Shown: positions 1 through 12,328 of the stretch, piece by piece | How the letters are laid out: each line of letters opens with the position of its first letter | Numbering within the stretch: position 1 is the first letter of the stretch | From: Desulfobacterales bacterium | GTDB lineage: Bacteria; Desulfobacterota; Desulfobacteria; Desulfobacterales; JAHEIW01 | Length of the DNA: 51,791 nt | NCBI GenBank assembly: GCA_050124655.1 | Contig: JASFEV010000002.1 | Span: 1-51,791, forward strand | Direction of reading: 5' to 3' | Made by a program: the position numbers and the translations under genes | The notes under the pieces: generated by a model | What the model was told of the DNA's origin: nothing | The model's database searches: none | What the model saw: the letters and a program-made list of their open reading frames with translations, nothing else

Positions 1-1305
1 CGCCTGAGGCGCGCTGATTGCAAAAAGTGATTGCTGGCCCAAAAGGGCTGCTCGATCATCGTCCTTAAAGATTTGAACCCGACCATATTGCCCGTCAAAT
101 CCGGGAATGACGTTAATTTCCCGCTGCCGCATGCGCCGAACAGCTTCAGCCAGCAAGGGGATACCGGCCTGCTCGATCACATCGGTTGCCAGCGTGTGTA
201 AAATGTTAAATTCCGAACCCAGTTTTTCCAGAAGGCTTTGATACGCCCGGGTGACCTTTTTGGATTTAGGACCGACCTGCATCACCTCAGACAGAAGGTC
301 CGCTAGTTGAATGACGCTGTGGTAAGGCGCATGGCGGGTCGGTTTGCGACCCTCTTTATGATCGGCCAATTCTTCAACACGATGCAATACGCCCAGTGTC
401 AGGGGTTTGCTGCAAACTGGGCACAGCCCATTATGTTTGCTTGTCGTCGCGGGCCAGAAGGAAATGTTACAGGCGCGGTGACCATCGATATGGTATTTGC
501 CTTCTTCAGGATAAAATTCCAGAGTGCCGAGAAATTCTTCGGGATCACCGCTTTTCAGGGCTGTTTTTATGGCTGTATAGGAAAGCTCGGTGTTGAACAA
601 ATTGGCTTCGCGCCCCAGATTAAGCGGCGAATGTGCATCTGAGTTGGAAACCAGTGTGAAGGCATCCAGTGATGATACCCGCCAGTTCATCGCCGGATCA
701 GATGAAAGCCCGGTTTCAACTGCAAAAATTTGTGATGTTAAATCTTCGAAGCACTCGGCAATGGAATCAAATCCGGATTTTGATCCCAGCACGGAAAACC
801 AGGGGGTCCAGATGTGAGCTGGAATTAAAAAAGCCTCTTCTGAAGTGTCAAGCAATAACTCAAGCAGGTCTCGCGCATCCAAGCCCAGGATCGGCCGGCC
901 GTCGGACCGTATGTTGCCTATTTTATCCAATCGCTGGCTGAATCGCCGGGCAACATCGACGTTGGGTGCGAATACAAGGTTGTGGTTTTTGCGGGTTTTG
1001 TCGTTCTTCTTATATATATTACTGATTTCAGTCACCAGCATAAAGCGCACCGGTCCCCGGCAGGCATCCGGCACCTGCTGGTCGCAATATCGCTCTAACT
1101 CCGCTTTGAGTTTATACAGTCCAGATTCAGCCTCAACCAGTTTATCTGAAATTTCTTCAAACCAGGCCGGATAGGTAAAATCACCGGTTCCGACAACGGT
1201 AATACCCTTAAGCTGAGCAGCAATGTATAAATTTTCCAAATCCAGGTTTTTCGCTGTTGCTCTTGAGTACTTTGAATGAACGTGTAAGTCGGCAATAAAT
1301 TTCAT
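1..1305 (-). CDS. Endonuclease Q (EndoQ)-like PHP-domain nuclease; N-terminal 435 codons only, ORF runs off the left edge
   Basis: Absent from the ORF track because it has no stop in the window. Reverse-strand ATG at 1305 opens an uninterrupted frame down to position 1: MKFIADLHVHSKYSRATAKNL, GTGDFTYPAW, IPAHIWTPWFSVLG, SNSDAHSPLNLGREANLF, GKYHIDGHRAC, CPVCSKPLTLGVLHRVEELAD, IPGFDGQYGRVQIF. These match the PHP metal-binding motifs, Zn finger and C-terminal G-x-x-G-x-YG motif I recall from EndoQ. The plus-strand ORFs at 307-1174 overlap it and look spurious. Confidence 0.75.
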   Translation of the reverse strand, partial: MKFIADLHVHSKYSRATAKNLDLENLYIAAQLKGITVVGTGDFTYPAWFEEISDKLVEAESGLYKLKAELERYCDQQVPDACRGPVRFMLVTEISNIYKKNDKTRKNHNLVFAPNVDVARRFSQRLDKIGNIRSDGRPILGLDARDLLELLLDTSEEAFLIPAHIWTPWFSVLGSKSGFDSIAECFEDLTSQIFAVETGLSSDPAMNWRVSSLDAFTLVSNSDAHSPLNLGREANLFNTELSYTAIKTALKSGDPEEFLGTLEFYPEEGKYHIDGHRACNISFWPATTSKHNGLCPVCSKPLTLGVLHRVEELADHKEGRKPTRHAPYHSVIQLADLLSEVMQVGPKSKKVTRAYQSLLEKLGSEFNILHTLATDVIEQAGIPLLAEAVRRMRQREINVIPGFDGQYGRVQIFKDDDRAALLGQQSLFAISAPQA

Positions 1306-1599
1306 GGAATTTTCTTCAAAATAATAGTGCCGTTTATATTATTTTCGGCGCCATGGAGGATAAATGATCGCGGTTATTCTGAATAGTAGATAACCGGCAA
1401 ACCTCATCTTCATACCACTTTTCGGGTCTTTTTTTAATCCTAAATTTAGCTTGAGCGTTTTTAACAAACACGTTATATACTTATCATATTTTATATTATA
1501 TACTATATATGGTGTTTTTTCCGCTTTTAATCAATATATTCCAAAATACGGAATCGTTCTCTGAAGGCTTAATGATATTAGAGGTATAATAATCAGAAT

Positions 1600-2214
1600 A
1601 TGAGTGCTTTGTCTAGCTCGGTTTCCATGACGCGCTACCAGGTTGATGGAAAACTTGAAACCCCCATTCTGGAAACAGTTGCCGCAGGTTTGAACAAACA
1701 TGCCATTGTTGAAATCGATGATCCGTCTTTGGAAAAAGTCGTGGGCTGGACATCTTTTGAAAAACCATATCATCCTGACTTTGGAGGATCTTCTTTTGTA
1801 TATGGAAAATTCCTTGTCTTTTCATTACGAATCGATCGCAAAACCATTGCTCCCAAATTGATTAAAAAACATATGGTACTTGAATCAGAAAGACGTCTGT
1901 CTGAAAGCGGCCGACCTTATTTGTCGCGAAGTGAAAAAGAGCATATTCGAGACCAGGTAATGGATCGCCTATTCGCAACGGTTCCGGCAACACCCCACAT
2001 TTATGATATCGTCTGGAATTATGAGGACGCCGCATTGTGGTTTTTTTCCAATCTCAAGGCGGCTAATGAAGTGTTGGAAACGCTATTTTTACAATCGTTT
2101 GATGTAACGCTGATTCGAATGATTCCCTATACGGCCGCCTTTTATGCCTCAGATTTGACGGATACTCAAAAAGATACGCTGCTTGAACTGACACAAACTC
2201 CATTTACAGGATAA
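1600..2214 (+). CDS. RdgC-like recombination-associated protein (resembles the N-terminal two thirds of RdgC)
   Basis: 204-aa ORF. The motif order GWTSFEKPY..., FVYGKFLVFSLRIDRKTIAPKLIKK, SRSEKEHIRDQVMDRLFATVPA, IVWNYEDAALWFFS, KAANEVLETLFLQSF parallels E. coli RdgC (GWVPP, [55 protein letters not shown]). Similarity judged by eye only. Confidence 0.5.
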   Translation: MSALSSSVSMTRYQVDGKLETPILETVAAGLNKHAIVEIDDPSLEKVVGWTSFEKPYHPDFGGSSFVYGKFLVFSLRIDRKTIAPKLIKKHMVLESERRLSESGRPYLSRSEKEHIRDQVMDRLFATVPATPHIYDIVWNYEDAALWFFSNLKAANEVLETLFLQSFDVTLIRMIPYTAAFYASDLTDTQKDTLLELTQTPFTG

Positions 2215-2226
2215 ACCATTATTAAA

Positions 2227-2757
2227 ATGCTGGATGTTGCTGTTGCATATAACCGTTATAAATTTTTAGGAGAAGAGTTTTTAACCTGGTTGTGGTTTTT
2301 GATCGATGAGCACCCGGCCATCCTAAGAAAGACCGATCCGGATTTAACATCATTGGAAATCGGCAACCGTATGGTCCTTTTAAAACGGCATAAAAAGGCG
2401 GTTGAAAAGATTACAGTTAGGGGGGAGAATGCCGGTCTTGAAGAAGCCATGCTGGCCTTACAAAAAGGCGCTCTGGTGGCAGAACTAAATCTGGTATATC
2501 GATCCGCCGAACTAAAATGGCAATTTACGTTGAAGGGAGAGAGCCTGAACCTGAGCAGTGTAAAAACACCGAAAATTGCGCCACCACAAGGTCCGGAAGA
2601 TATGGAAGGCCTTGTTTTAGAAAAAATCTTTCTTTATGATAAGATCTTGCAATTTTTAGAAAAATTATATAAAACCTTTATTAAAATAAGGTTATCTAAC
2701 CGCTGGCATAACCGTGAAACATCGTTGATGAAAAAATGGTTTCGCGCGGCACGCTAA
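2227..2757 (+). CDS. Hypothetical protein, possibly related to the RdgC C-terminal region
   Basis: 176-aa ORF 12 nt after the previous gene. EKITVRGENAGLEEAMLALQKGALVAELNLVYRSAELKWQFTLKGESLNLSSVK loosely parallels the RdgC C-terminus ([41 protein letters not shown]). Confidence 0.45.
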   Translation: MLDVAVAYNRYKFLGEEFLTWLWFLIDEHPAILRKTDPDLTSLEIGNRMVLLKRHKKAVEKITVRGENAGLEEAMLALQKGALVAELNLVYRSAELKWQFTLKGESLNLSSVKTPKIAPPQGPEDMEGLVLEKIFLYDKILQFLEKLYKTFIKIRLSNRWHNRETSLMKKWFRAAR

Positions 2758-3021
2758 ATTTAAAAATAGGATCCGCTTTAACTTTTAAACATCAGAGTGC
2801 CAATAAATGCTAATTTGTTTGTTGAAAAACGAACCGTTATCAACAATTATTTAATTCTGCTGATATTGACCCGTTTATGAGCCTTAAATTATAACGTTTT
2901 TCATCAATTATGTTTAAAATATTTTTTCAATATTTTAAGCTGTTAAAACGTTCTTAGCATAATTAACATTCTATTATTATTTTATCTTTTTATTTTAAGA
3001 TATATAATTAAGGAAACTGTT

Positions 3022-6593
<3,572 letters not shown>

Positions 6594-6766
6594 AAATTAT
6601 CTCAAAACTGCACTTCTGTCTATAAAATCCATATACTGGGCAATGGAAAAAACAGTGTTAATAGCAAAACCCAAAATCCTGAACCTTTGAACCCGCTAAC
6701 CAACCCCAAGACAATTTGACTAACGGTAATGTAGCAAAATATAACATTGTCAATAGAAGGAAGGAT

Positions 6767-7558
6767 ATGAATATCCACACCATTCACGCCCGGGACTTGC
6801 CGGATCTATGGTTTCAGGCGGTTCATGATATACTGGATCATGGCAAGCGTTTTGTCATCGACCGTGGATCTTATGCGGGGCAAACCCGTCTGGAATACGA
6901 TTATTTTACGGGTCATGTGAAATACCCCGGAACACAACCGTTGATCCCGGACATTCCACCGGCCTGCGGCATTCCCAACCCGGTGGAACACGATTATATT
7001 TACGGGGGCCCAGGTTATGACAGGGCCTATATTGAGTATTTGATGTCGGCCCGCAAGGAACCCGGCGAGTCTTATACCTATGGTGAACGATTGACACGGG
7101 TGCCGCTGTCCGGCGATAAACTCCTCTGGTGGCAAACATCGAATAGCGAAATTATCGACAAACGCGAAACTGACGGGAAAATTGTTTTTGAGGAAAATGG
7201 CCGGTTATATCTAAACCAGATTGAATGGGTGATTGATACTTATCGCAAGTTCGGCGAGCGCAACAATCAACTGGTCCTTCAAGTGGCCCACCCGTCCGAT
7301 CTGACCTTGCTGGATCCGCCTTGCCTGCGGTCCATTGACACCCGTATTCAGAATAACAGCCTTAGCTTTTTTGTTTATTTTCGCTCATGGGACCTATGGA
7401 ATGGTTTTCCGGCCAACTTGGCCGCCATTCAAAATCTAAAAGAGTACATGGCCGCCGAAATCGGCGTCGAGGACGGCCAAATAGTTGTTGAAAGCAAAGG
7501 GCTGCACCTCTACGGCTATGCGGAAGATCTGGCAAACCTGCGCTGTTTGCGAACCTAA
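6767..7558 (+). CDS. Thymidylate synthase (ThyA) family protein, divergent archaeal-like type
   Basis: ATG at 6767 is preceded by AGGAAGGA; the track start at 6716 is less likely. DPPCLRSIDTRIQNNSLSFFVYFRSWDLWNGFPANLAAIQNLKEYMAAEIG and GLHLYGY correspond to the ThyA catalytic PC(H) Cys, the YxRSxD and PxN(I/L)A motifs, and the terminal HxY. Confidence 0.7.
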   Translation: MNIHTIHARDLPDLWFQAVHDILDHGKRFVIDRGSYAGQTRLEYDYFTGHVKYPGTQPLIPDIPPACGIPNPVEHDYIYGGPGYDRAYIEYLMSARKEPGESYTYGERLTRVPLSGDKLLWWQTSNSEIIDKRETDGKIVFEENGRLYLNQIEWVIDTYRKFGERNNQLVLQVAHPSDLTLLDPPCLRSIDTRIQNNSLSFFVYFRSWDLWNGFPANLAAIQNLKEYMAAEIGVEDGQIVVESKGLHLYGYAEDLANLRCLRT

Positions 7559-7802
7559 TCTCACATCGTTGCCAACCAAACTGTGTCATCATCGGCAGAA
7601 CATCACATATTGTTCATTTGGTTTTTTCAATCGCGACACAACCTGCAGACAATTAAACCTGCCTAAAAATGACGGTTCCATCCATCATTCGTCTTTTTGA
7701 TGTTCAAATGGTTTGAATATCACATCATATTCGACTATATTCATAAACTAGTGATATAATATTATTGGCAGTGACTATAATTAATCATCATTGAGGTTCA
7801 GC

Positions 7803-9017
7803 ATGTCGCCATCAAGTCTAGCTCATTTATATTCAAAAAGCGCCTGTTGTGCGGTACCATCGGCCATCCGTGAAATTAATAAGCTCATCGATTCGCCGGG
7901 CATGAAATCATTGGCCGGTGGTTGGCCGGATCCGGCCGTTTTTCCGGGTGAGGATATTATTCGCATTACCAGCGCGTTGCTTAAAGATAAGGCGGATCGG
8001 GTCCTGCAATACGGCACCACCGAGGGGTTGACCGAGTTGCGAGAAGAGCTGATCCACCTGGCCGCAGATCGCTATGGTATTGGCTGCAGCCCGGATGACA
8101 TTGTCGTCACAGCCGGTTCGGCCCAGGGAATGGATCTGGCCTGCCGCGTGATCATAAATCCTGAAGACGCTGTTTTCGTGGGCCTGCCGACCTATTTTGG
8201 CGGGACCGGCGCAATCATGGCTGCTTGCGGCGAGCTGCTGGGGGTGGTCGTCGATGATAAGGGCATGGACACCCTACAGTTGGAGGCGCAACTGCGACGG
8301 CTAAAAAAAGGGGGTCAGCGCGCCAAAGGGGTTTATGTCATACCCAACTTTCAAAACCCCACTGGGACCACGTTATCACTTGAGCGTCGCCAACACCTCG
8401 TAGAACTGGCTGAGCGCTACGATCTGGTTATTTTCGAAGATGATCCCTACGGCGATTTACAATTTGAGGGTGAGCGTCTTCCCCCGATCATATCGCTGGA
8501 TACCTATGGTCGCGTCGTCCATATGCGCTCGATGTCCAAAACTTTTGCACCGGGGCTACGCGTGGCCTGGACCATTGGTGCGCCTGAATTGATACGCAAG
8601 ATGGTGGTCGCCAAGCAGTTTGTCGATGTCGCCACCAATAGCCTGGCCCAGTATATTCTGCTGGAATTTATCCGAAGCGGGTTGTGGGAAAAGCGCGTTC
8701 AACTGAATAATCAGTATTATAAAGGCAAACGGGATTTTATGCTCCAGCAATTAGCAGCCCATTTTCCCGAAGAGGTTCGCTGGAATCGACCCCATGGGGG
8801 ATTTTTCATATTTGTTCGATTGCCCAAAAATATAGATGCTTCAGCGCTTTTAACCGAAGCCATTGAAAATAATGTGGCTTTTGTGGCCGGGGAACCTTTT
8901 TTTATCGACGGCAGCGGAACCCACACCTTTCGGTTGTCCTACTCTCAATCCAGTGAATCGGTGATTGCAGCCGCAGTGGCCGAACTGGGAAAGCTGATTA
9001 AAAAAAGGTTGGTCTAG
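7803..9017 (+). CDS. PLP-dependent aminotransferase, class I/II (ARO8/LysN-like)
   Basis: ATG at 7803 with GAGG 6 nt upstream. Fold-type I hallmarks: PNFQNPTG, FEDDPYGDL, and SMSKTFAPGLRVAW containing the PLP lysine. Confidence 0.85.
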   Translation: MSPSSLAHLYSKSACCAVPSAIREINKLIDSPGMKSLAGGWPDPAVFPGEDIIRITSALLKDKADRVLQYGTTEGLTELREELIHLAADRYGIGCSPDDIVVTAGSAQGMDLACRVIINPEDAVFVGLPTYFGGTGAIMAACGELLGVVVDDKGMDTLQLEAQLRRLKKGGQRAKGVYVIPNFQNPTGTTLSLERRQHLVELAERYDLVIFEDDPYGDLQFEGERLPPIISLDTYGRVVHMRSMSKTFAPGLRVAWTIGAPELIRKMVVAKQFVDVATNSLAQYILLEFIRSGLWEKRVQLNNQYYKGKRDFMLQQLAAHFPEEVRWNRPHGGFFIFVRLPKNIDASALLTEAIENNVAFVAGEPFFIDGSGTHTFRLSYSQSSESVIAAAVAELGKLIKKRLV

Positions 9018-9063
9018 GAGCTCATCCAAACAAAAAATAATAAGTTAGGTTATTAGAAGTCAT

Positions 9064-9080
9064 ATCAAAAGACGCTTTTG
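9064..9080. terminator. Small hairpin between convergent genes
   Basis: TCAAAAG-ACG-CTTTTGA, a 7-bp stem, between the aminotransferase stop (9017) and the lipoprotein stop (9093). Confidence 0.35.
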
Positions 9081-9092
9081 AGATGGCTTCTA

Positions 9093-9563
9093 TTAAGGTG
9101 CATCGATTCTTTGTGGCGAGTAATAAATACGCATCGTATTGCGGTCGAGGATTCTGAGCGCTACCAGATCATTTGGGTCGTGGACCAAAAAGCCGAATAA
9201 CTGTTCATCAGGTCCGATGACTTTGAGAAAGCCGCTGGTGGCCCCCATCCAGACGCTGAAAGCACTGTCCGAGGTCTGGGTGTTTTCCTGTAAGATGTCG
9301 ATCCAGGCCTTTTTTGCCCCATCACCCACCCGGGTCCAACGTCCGCTCACCTTCAAGGTGTTATTGTCATTTTTCGGATCAAATAAAACGGCGTGTTGTG
9401 GAATGTAGTAAATAATATATTGAGACCAGTTGTTCTCCAAATCCTGCTGGATCTGCTGTTGCTCCTTAGCCCTCAAACTGTGAAAGCGCGGTCCGGAATC
9501 GGTGACGCAGGATACCATGCCAATAACTACAAGAACAACCAGGCCGGCCCATTTTAACCGCAT
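9093..9563 (-). CDS. Hypothetical lipoprotein
   Basis: ATG at 9563 is preceded by AAAAGGAG. MRLKWAGLVVLVVIGMVSC is a signal peptide with a lipobox-like Cys. No recognisable domain. Confidence 0.6.
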   Translation of the reverse strand: MRLKWAGLVVLVVIGMVSCVTDSGPRFHSLRAKEQQQIQQDLENNWSQYIIYYIPQHAVLFDPKNDNNTLKVSGRWTRVGDGAKKAWIDILQENTQTSDSAFSVWMGATSGFLKVIGPDEQLFGFLVHDPNDLVALRILDRNTMRIYYSPQRIDAP

Positions 9564-9586
9564 GTTGCCGCTCCTTTTTCGCATTA

Positions 9587-9811
9587 ATTTTCATGCAAGA
9601 TTCAGGTATGACCTGAATTTTGCACGCGTCGGAAGCTTTCATATGCAAGGCACTTCAGGGTGAAGCTATAGTGAACTATGCTTCGCCCTGAATAACGCCG
9701 CAGATGGAAGCTTCCGGCTCGCCCAACGGGTGAAAATAGATGAGAAATAAATGGATTATCATCCAATAATAGAAATATATTCTCATCTATTTTCATGCAA
9801 GATTCAGGTAT
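9587..9811. repeat. Perfect 23-nt direct repeat (two copies, 202 bp apart) enclosing a 16-bp inverted repeat
   Basis: ATTTTCATGCAAGATTCAGGTAT occurs at 9587-9609 and 9789-9811. The inverted repeat is TGAAAATAGATGAGAA (9731-9746) and TTCTCATCTATTTTCA (9780-9795). Confidence 0.9.
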
Positions 9812-9901
9812 TAGCAAAATACGGGTATTACAACAAGAAAAAGCGGTAGCTCAAAATAGTGGCAGCTAAAATAGAAGACAGAAATGGGCGATAAAAAGGG
9901 A

Positions 9902-10270
9902 TTAGGCAATCGGTCCGGCAACTTTTCTCAATTCAACACCATCGATCACCATGAACCAGTCATCGCCATCCATGTAAGGTGGTTTATGCACGTCAAAGGT
10001 TGTGGTAAAAAACAACACACCAATAATAAAGTCGTCACCCTCAAAATTCTTCAGGGGACCGGAGACCTTGGTTGAACGTTTACCATTTACCCGGCGGTAA
10101 TTCACGCTGCCATTGTCGTCTATGGTCAGTTGAAATCCGACACCTTCCCAAGTTCCGATATAAGATCTTTTGTCTTCCGGCACTGGTATCGAGTTGCAGC
10201 CGCCAATCAGGCCGGCAAAACCGACCACGACCAGTATCAAAACGAAACGGTAGAGAGATTTGCGCATCAT
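9902..10270 (-). CDS. Hypothetical small lipoprotein
   Basis: MMRKSLYRFVLILVVVGFAGLIGGC is a signal peptide plus lipobox. 122 aa, no recognisable domain. Confidence 0.6.
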   Translation of the reverse strand: MMRKSLYRFVLILVVVGFAGLIGGCNSIPVPEDKRSYIGTWEGVGFQLTIDDNGSVNYRRVNGKRSTKVSGPLKNFEGDDFIIGVLFFTTTFDVHKPPYMDGDDWFMVIDGVELRKVAGPIA

Positions 10271-10451
10271 GGCCCCCCAATGCTTGACAATATTAAATGG
10301 ATCGATTGTCTGACCGCTGGGAGGATCATTTGATACGAAGAAAATTGTGATTTTACGATCGGCATTTCAGCGCTGTAAAATCATAATCCCCCCGATATTA
10401 TTATCTGCCATAATGCGATTAACTTTAGTATTTTTTCGCTGAGCAATAATT

Positions 10452-10934
10452 TTATTTACCGGGTTTTATTTTCAATAGGCAGCAACCTTTCTGCCCCGCT
10501 CTCCAGGTTTCCATAGAAAAGACAAAACCGGCACCCTCAAAGGTGCCCTTGTCAACAATGGCGGCAATATCACACATGTGCGCAATATCGCTGTCTGTCA
10601 ATCCTGCTTCTTGCCAAGCTTCTTTCAGGGGGCAACGACGCATCTTGATTTCCAGGCCGTTGTCATCGCATCTGCGCACTTCAGGATCAAACATCTTGCC
10701 GCCGTCTGGAATAAACGCCAAGAATGCATCTTTTAACCCCGTGAGATCAGCAGGCGCGAATTTTTTAAAGGGTTTGCCGATTTCCAACCCGCGGTTATAA
10801 ATGCCGCGCTTGATGATTTCAGCCGCTTTGGGTTCTCCGATTTCGTTTTTGAGCGTCGCATAAATATGCCAGTACATCATGGCGCGGTTTTTAAAAGCGG
10901 CATATAATTGTTTACGCAAATCTTCTGCAGACAT
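10452..10934 (-). CDS. Probable L-2-amino-thiazoline-4-carboxylic acid hydrolase (ATC hydrolase) family protein
   Basis: 160 aa with Cys-containing motifs (RRCDDNGLEIKMRRCPL, HMCDIAAIVDKG, GCCLLKI) that I associate with this small family. Recognition by memory only. Confidence 0.45.
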   Translation of the reverse strand: MSAEDLRKQLYAAFKNRAMMYWHIYATLKNEIGEPKAAEIIKRGIYNRGLEIGKPFKKFAPADLTGLKDAFLAFIPDGGKMFDPEVRRCDDNGLEIKMRRCPLKEAWQEAGLTDSDIAHMCDIAAIVDKGTFEGAGFVFSMETWRAGQKGCCLLKIKPGK

Positions 10935-10948
10935 GATCTTCTCCTATT

Positions 10949-11076
10949 GGGTTTTCCCGTTGAGTCCGCCTCCGGCGGATTAGGCCCGTTAAGAAAGGAA
11001 AAAGTCTCATTTTATTCTTTAACCGGCAAACGGGCTAATCCACCAGAGGCGGACAAGCGGGTAACGGGCTCAACCC
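10949..11076. repeat. Imperfect palindromic element built from CCCGTT/AACGGG words
   Basis: The left arm is 10949-10990 (GGGTTTTCCCGTTGAGTCCGCCTCCGGCGGATTAGGCCCGTT). The right arm is 11021-11076 (AACCGGCAAACGGGCTAATCCACCAGAGGCGGACAAGCGGGTAACGGGCTCAACCC). The arms are mutually reverse-complementary with a few mismatches. Confidence 0.8.
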
Positions 11077-11107
11077 AAGAACCTTAAATGCATTTTTAAG
11101 ACGGGTT

Positions 11108-12016
11108 CTATTCATACGATAAAGTGATCTGGGGTGTCGGCGGATGGATGATTTTCATCTTGTCTTTGGCCTGCTGATGCCGGTTGAGCACATCGTCCAC
11201 CACAGTTGCTACCGCGTCGAACTTTGCAATGCCGAAAACGGATTGATAGTGTTGGATTTGTTTTTCAATCAATGGAACGATTTGGGGGTGCTTCATCAAT
11301 TCTTCTCTGGAAAATCCCTGCGCCAGGCCTTCGGTGACCCGTTCGACCACATCGTAATCATATCCCAGGTCTTTAAAATCACTCTGGCCCGGTTCCAGAC
11401 CGGCTGTCGGCTCGCGCTGGATAATTTTTTTGTCCAGACCCAGGAAAGCGGCCATTTCGCGCACCAGCCGTTTGGGTAAACCGGCAATCGGGCTGAAGTG
11501 CACAGCCCCGTCCCCAAAGAGGGTATAATAGCCAATACCGAAATCTTCATCGCGGTTTCCGGTTCCGGCCACGGTTTTGTTTTCCGTTGCTGCTTTGGTT
11601 GACAACACATTGGCGCGGATTCTGGAGATCATATTGCCTTTATGAAATTTATTTTCAAAGGCTTCCGGGTTGGTCGATTTGAACGATTCCACCAGCGCCT
11701 CGATGCTGTGGATTTCGTAGCGCAGCCCCAGATGTTTGGCAACAAATACGGCATCGGTTTCGTCCATCGACACGTTGACGCGCGACGGCAAAATATAGCC
11801 CACCAGCTCTAGCGCCTGCTCATCTCTGGTGCTTTTGGCATTATAGCGATCAAAGCTGGTTTTAATCAGTGCCGCTGCCGTGCTCGAATCCACTCCACCG
11901 GATAAGCCGATCACACATCCACTGGAAGCTGCCTGTTGCACCACATCGATGACAAAATCACCGATTTCCGCACAGACTTTTTTACAACCCATGGTTGCCA
12001 GTTTAATAGGTCGCAT
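11108..12016 (-). CDS. nadE: NH3-dependent NAD+ synthetase
   Basis: 302 aa. PP-loop motif GLSGGVDSS plus NadE-like YYTLFGDG. Confidence 0.9.
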   Translation of the reverse strand: MRPIKLATMGCKKVCAEIGDFVIDVVQQAASSGCVIGLSGGVDSSTAAALIKTSFDRYNAKSTRDEQALELVGYILPSRVNVSMDETDAVFVAKHLGLRYEIHSIEALVESFKSTNPEAFENKFHKGNMISRIRANVLSTKAATENKTVAGTGNRDEDFGIGYYTLFGDGAVHFSPIAGLPKRLVREMAAFLGLDKKIIQREPTAGLEPGQSDFKDLGYDYDVVERVTEGLAQGFSREELMKHPQIVPLIEKQIQHYQSVFGIAKFDAVATVVDDVLNRHQQAKDKMKIIHPPTPQITLSYE

Positions 12017-12328
12017 TATAAATCTCCAGCTGAAGGTATCTTTTCGATATGGTTACGGTCAATCGGTTTAAAGTTGACGATTGACATGGCTTTCATTTCT
12101 GGGGTTGTCATTCAATATTCCGGGCCTATTTTCTTAATGTAGTATGGGTTTTGTGGTTTATAGGCTCCTACGCCATTTATGGGAAAGGAGAACAAAACAT
12201 GAAATCTAAATATATGACCGCTATGACAATTTGTCTATTCATGTGTATTTTGAAAAAGACGGCATCGTTCGAAAAGTCAGCAAGAGCAAGGTTTCCGGCG
12301 GTAGCAGTTTTATCAACTAGCAGTCCTT

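Noticed and set aside
307-1174. Several plus-strand ORFs (66-111 aa) in the first 1.2 kb
   Set aside because: They overlap a continuous 435-codon minus-strand frame with clear EndoQ/PHP motifs. Their own sequences are low-complexity and motif-free. They are treated as antisense artefacts.
2758-3021. AT-rich 264-bp spacer upstream of dnaN as a possible oriC
   Set aside because: I found only one near-consensus DnaA box (TTATCAACA), no cluster of boxes, and no adjacent dnaA. The AT-richness is equally consistent with a promoter region.
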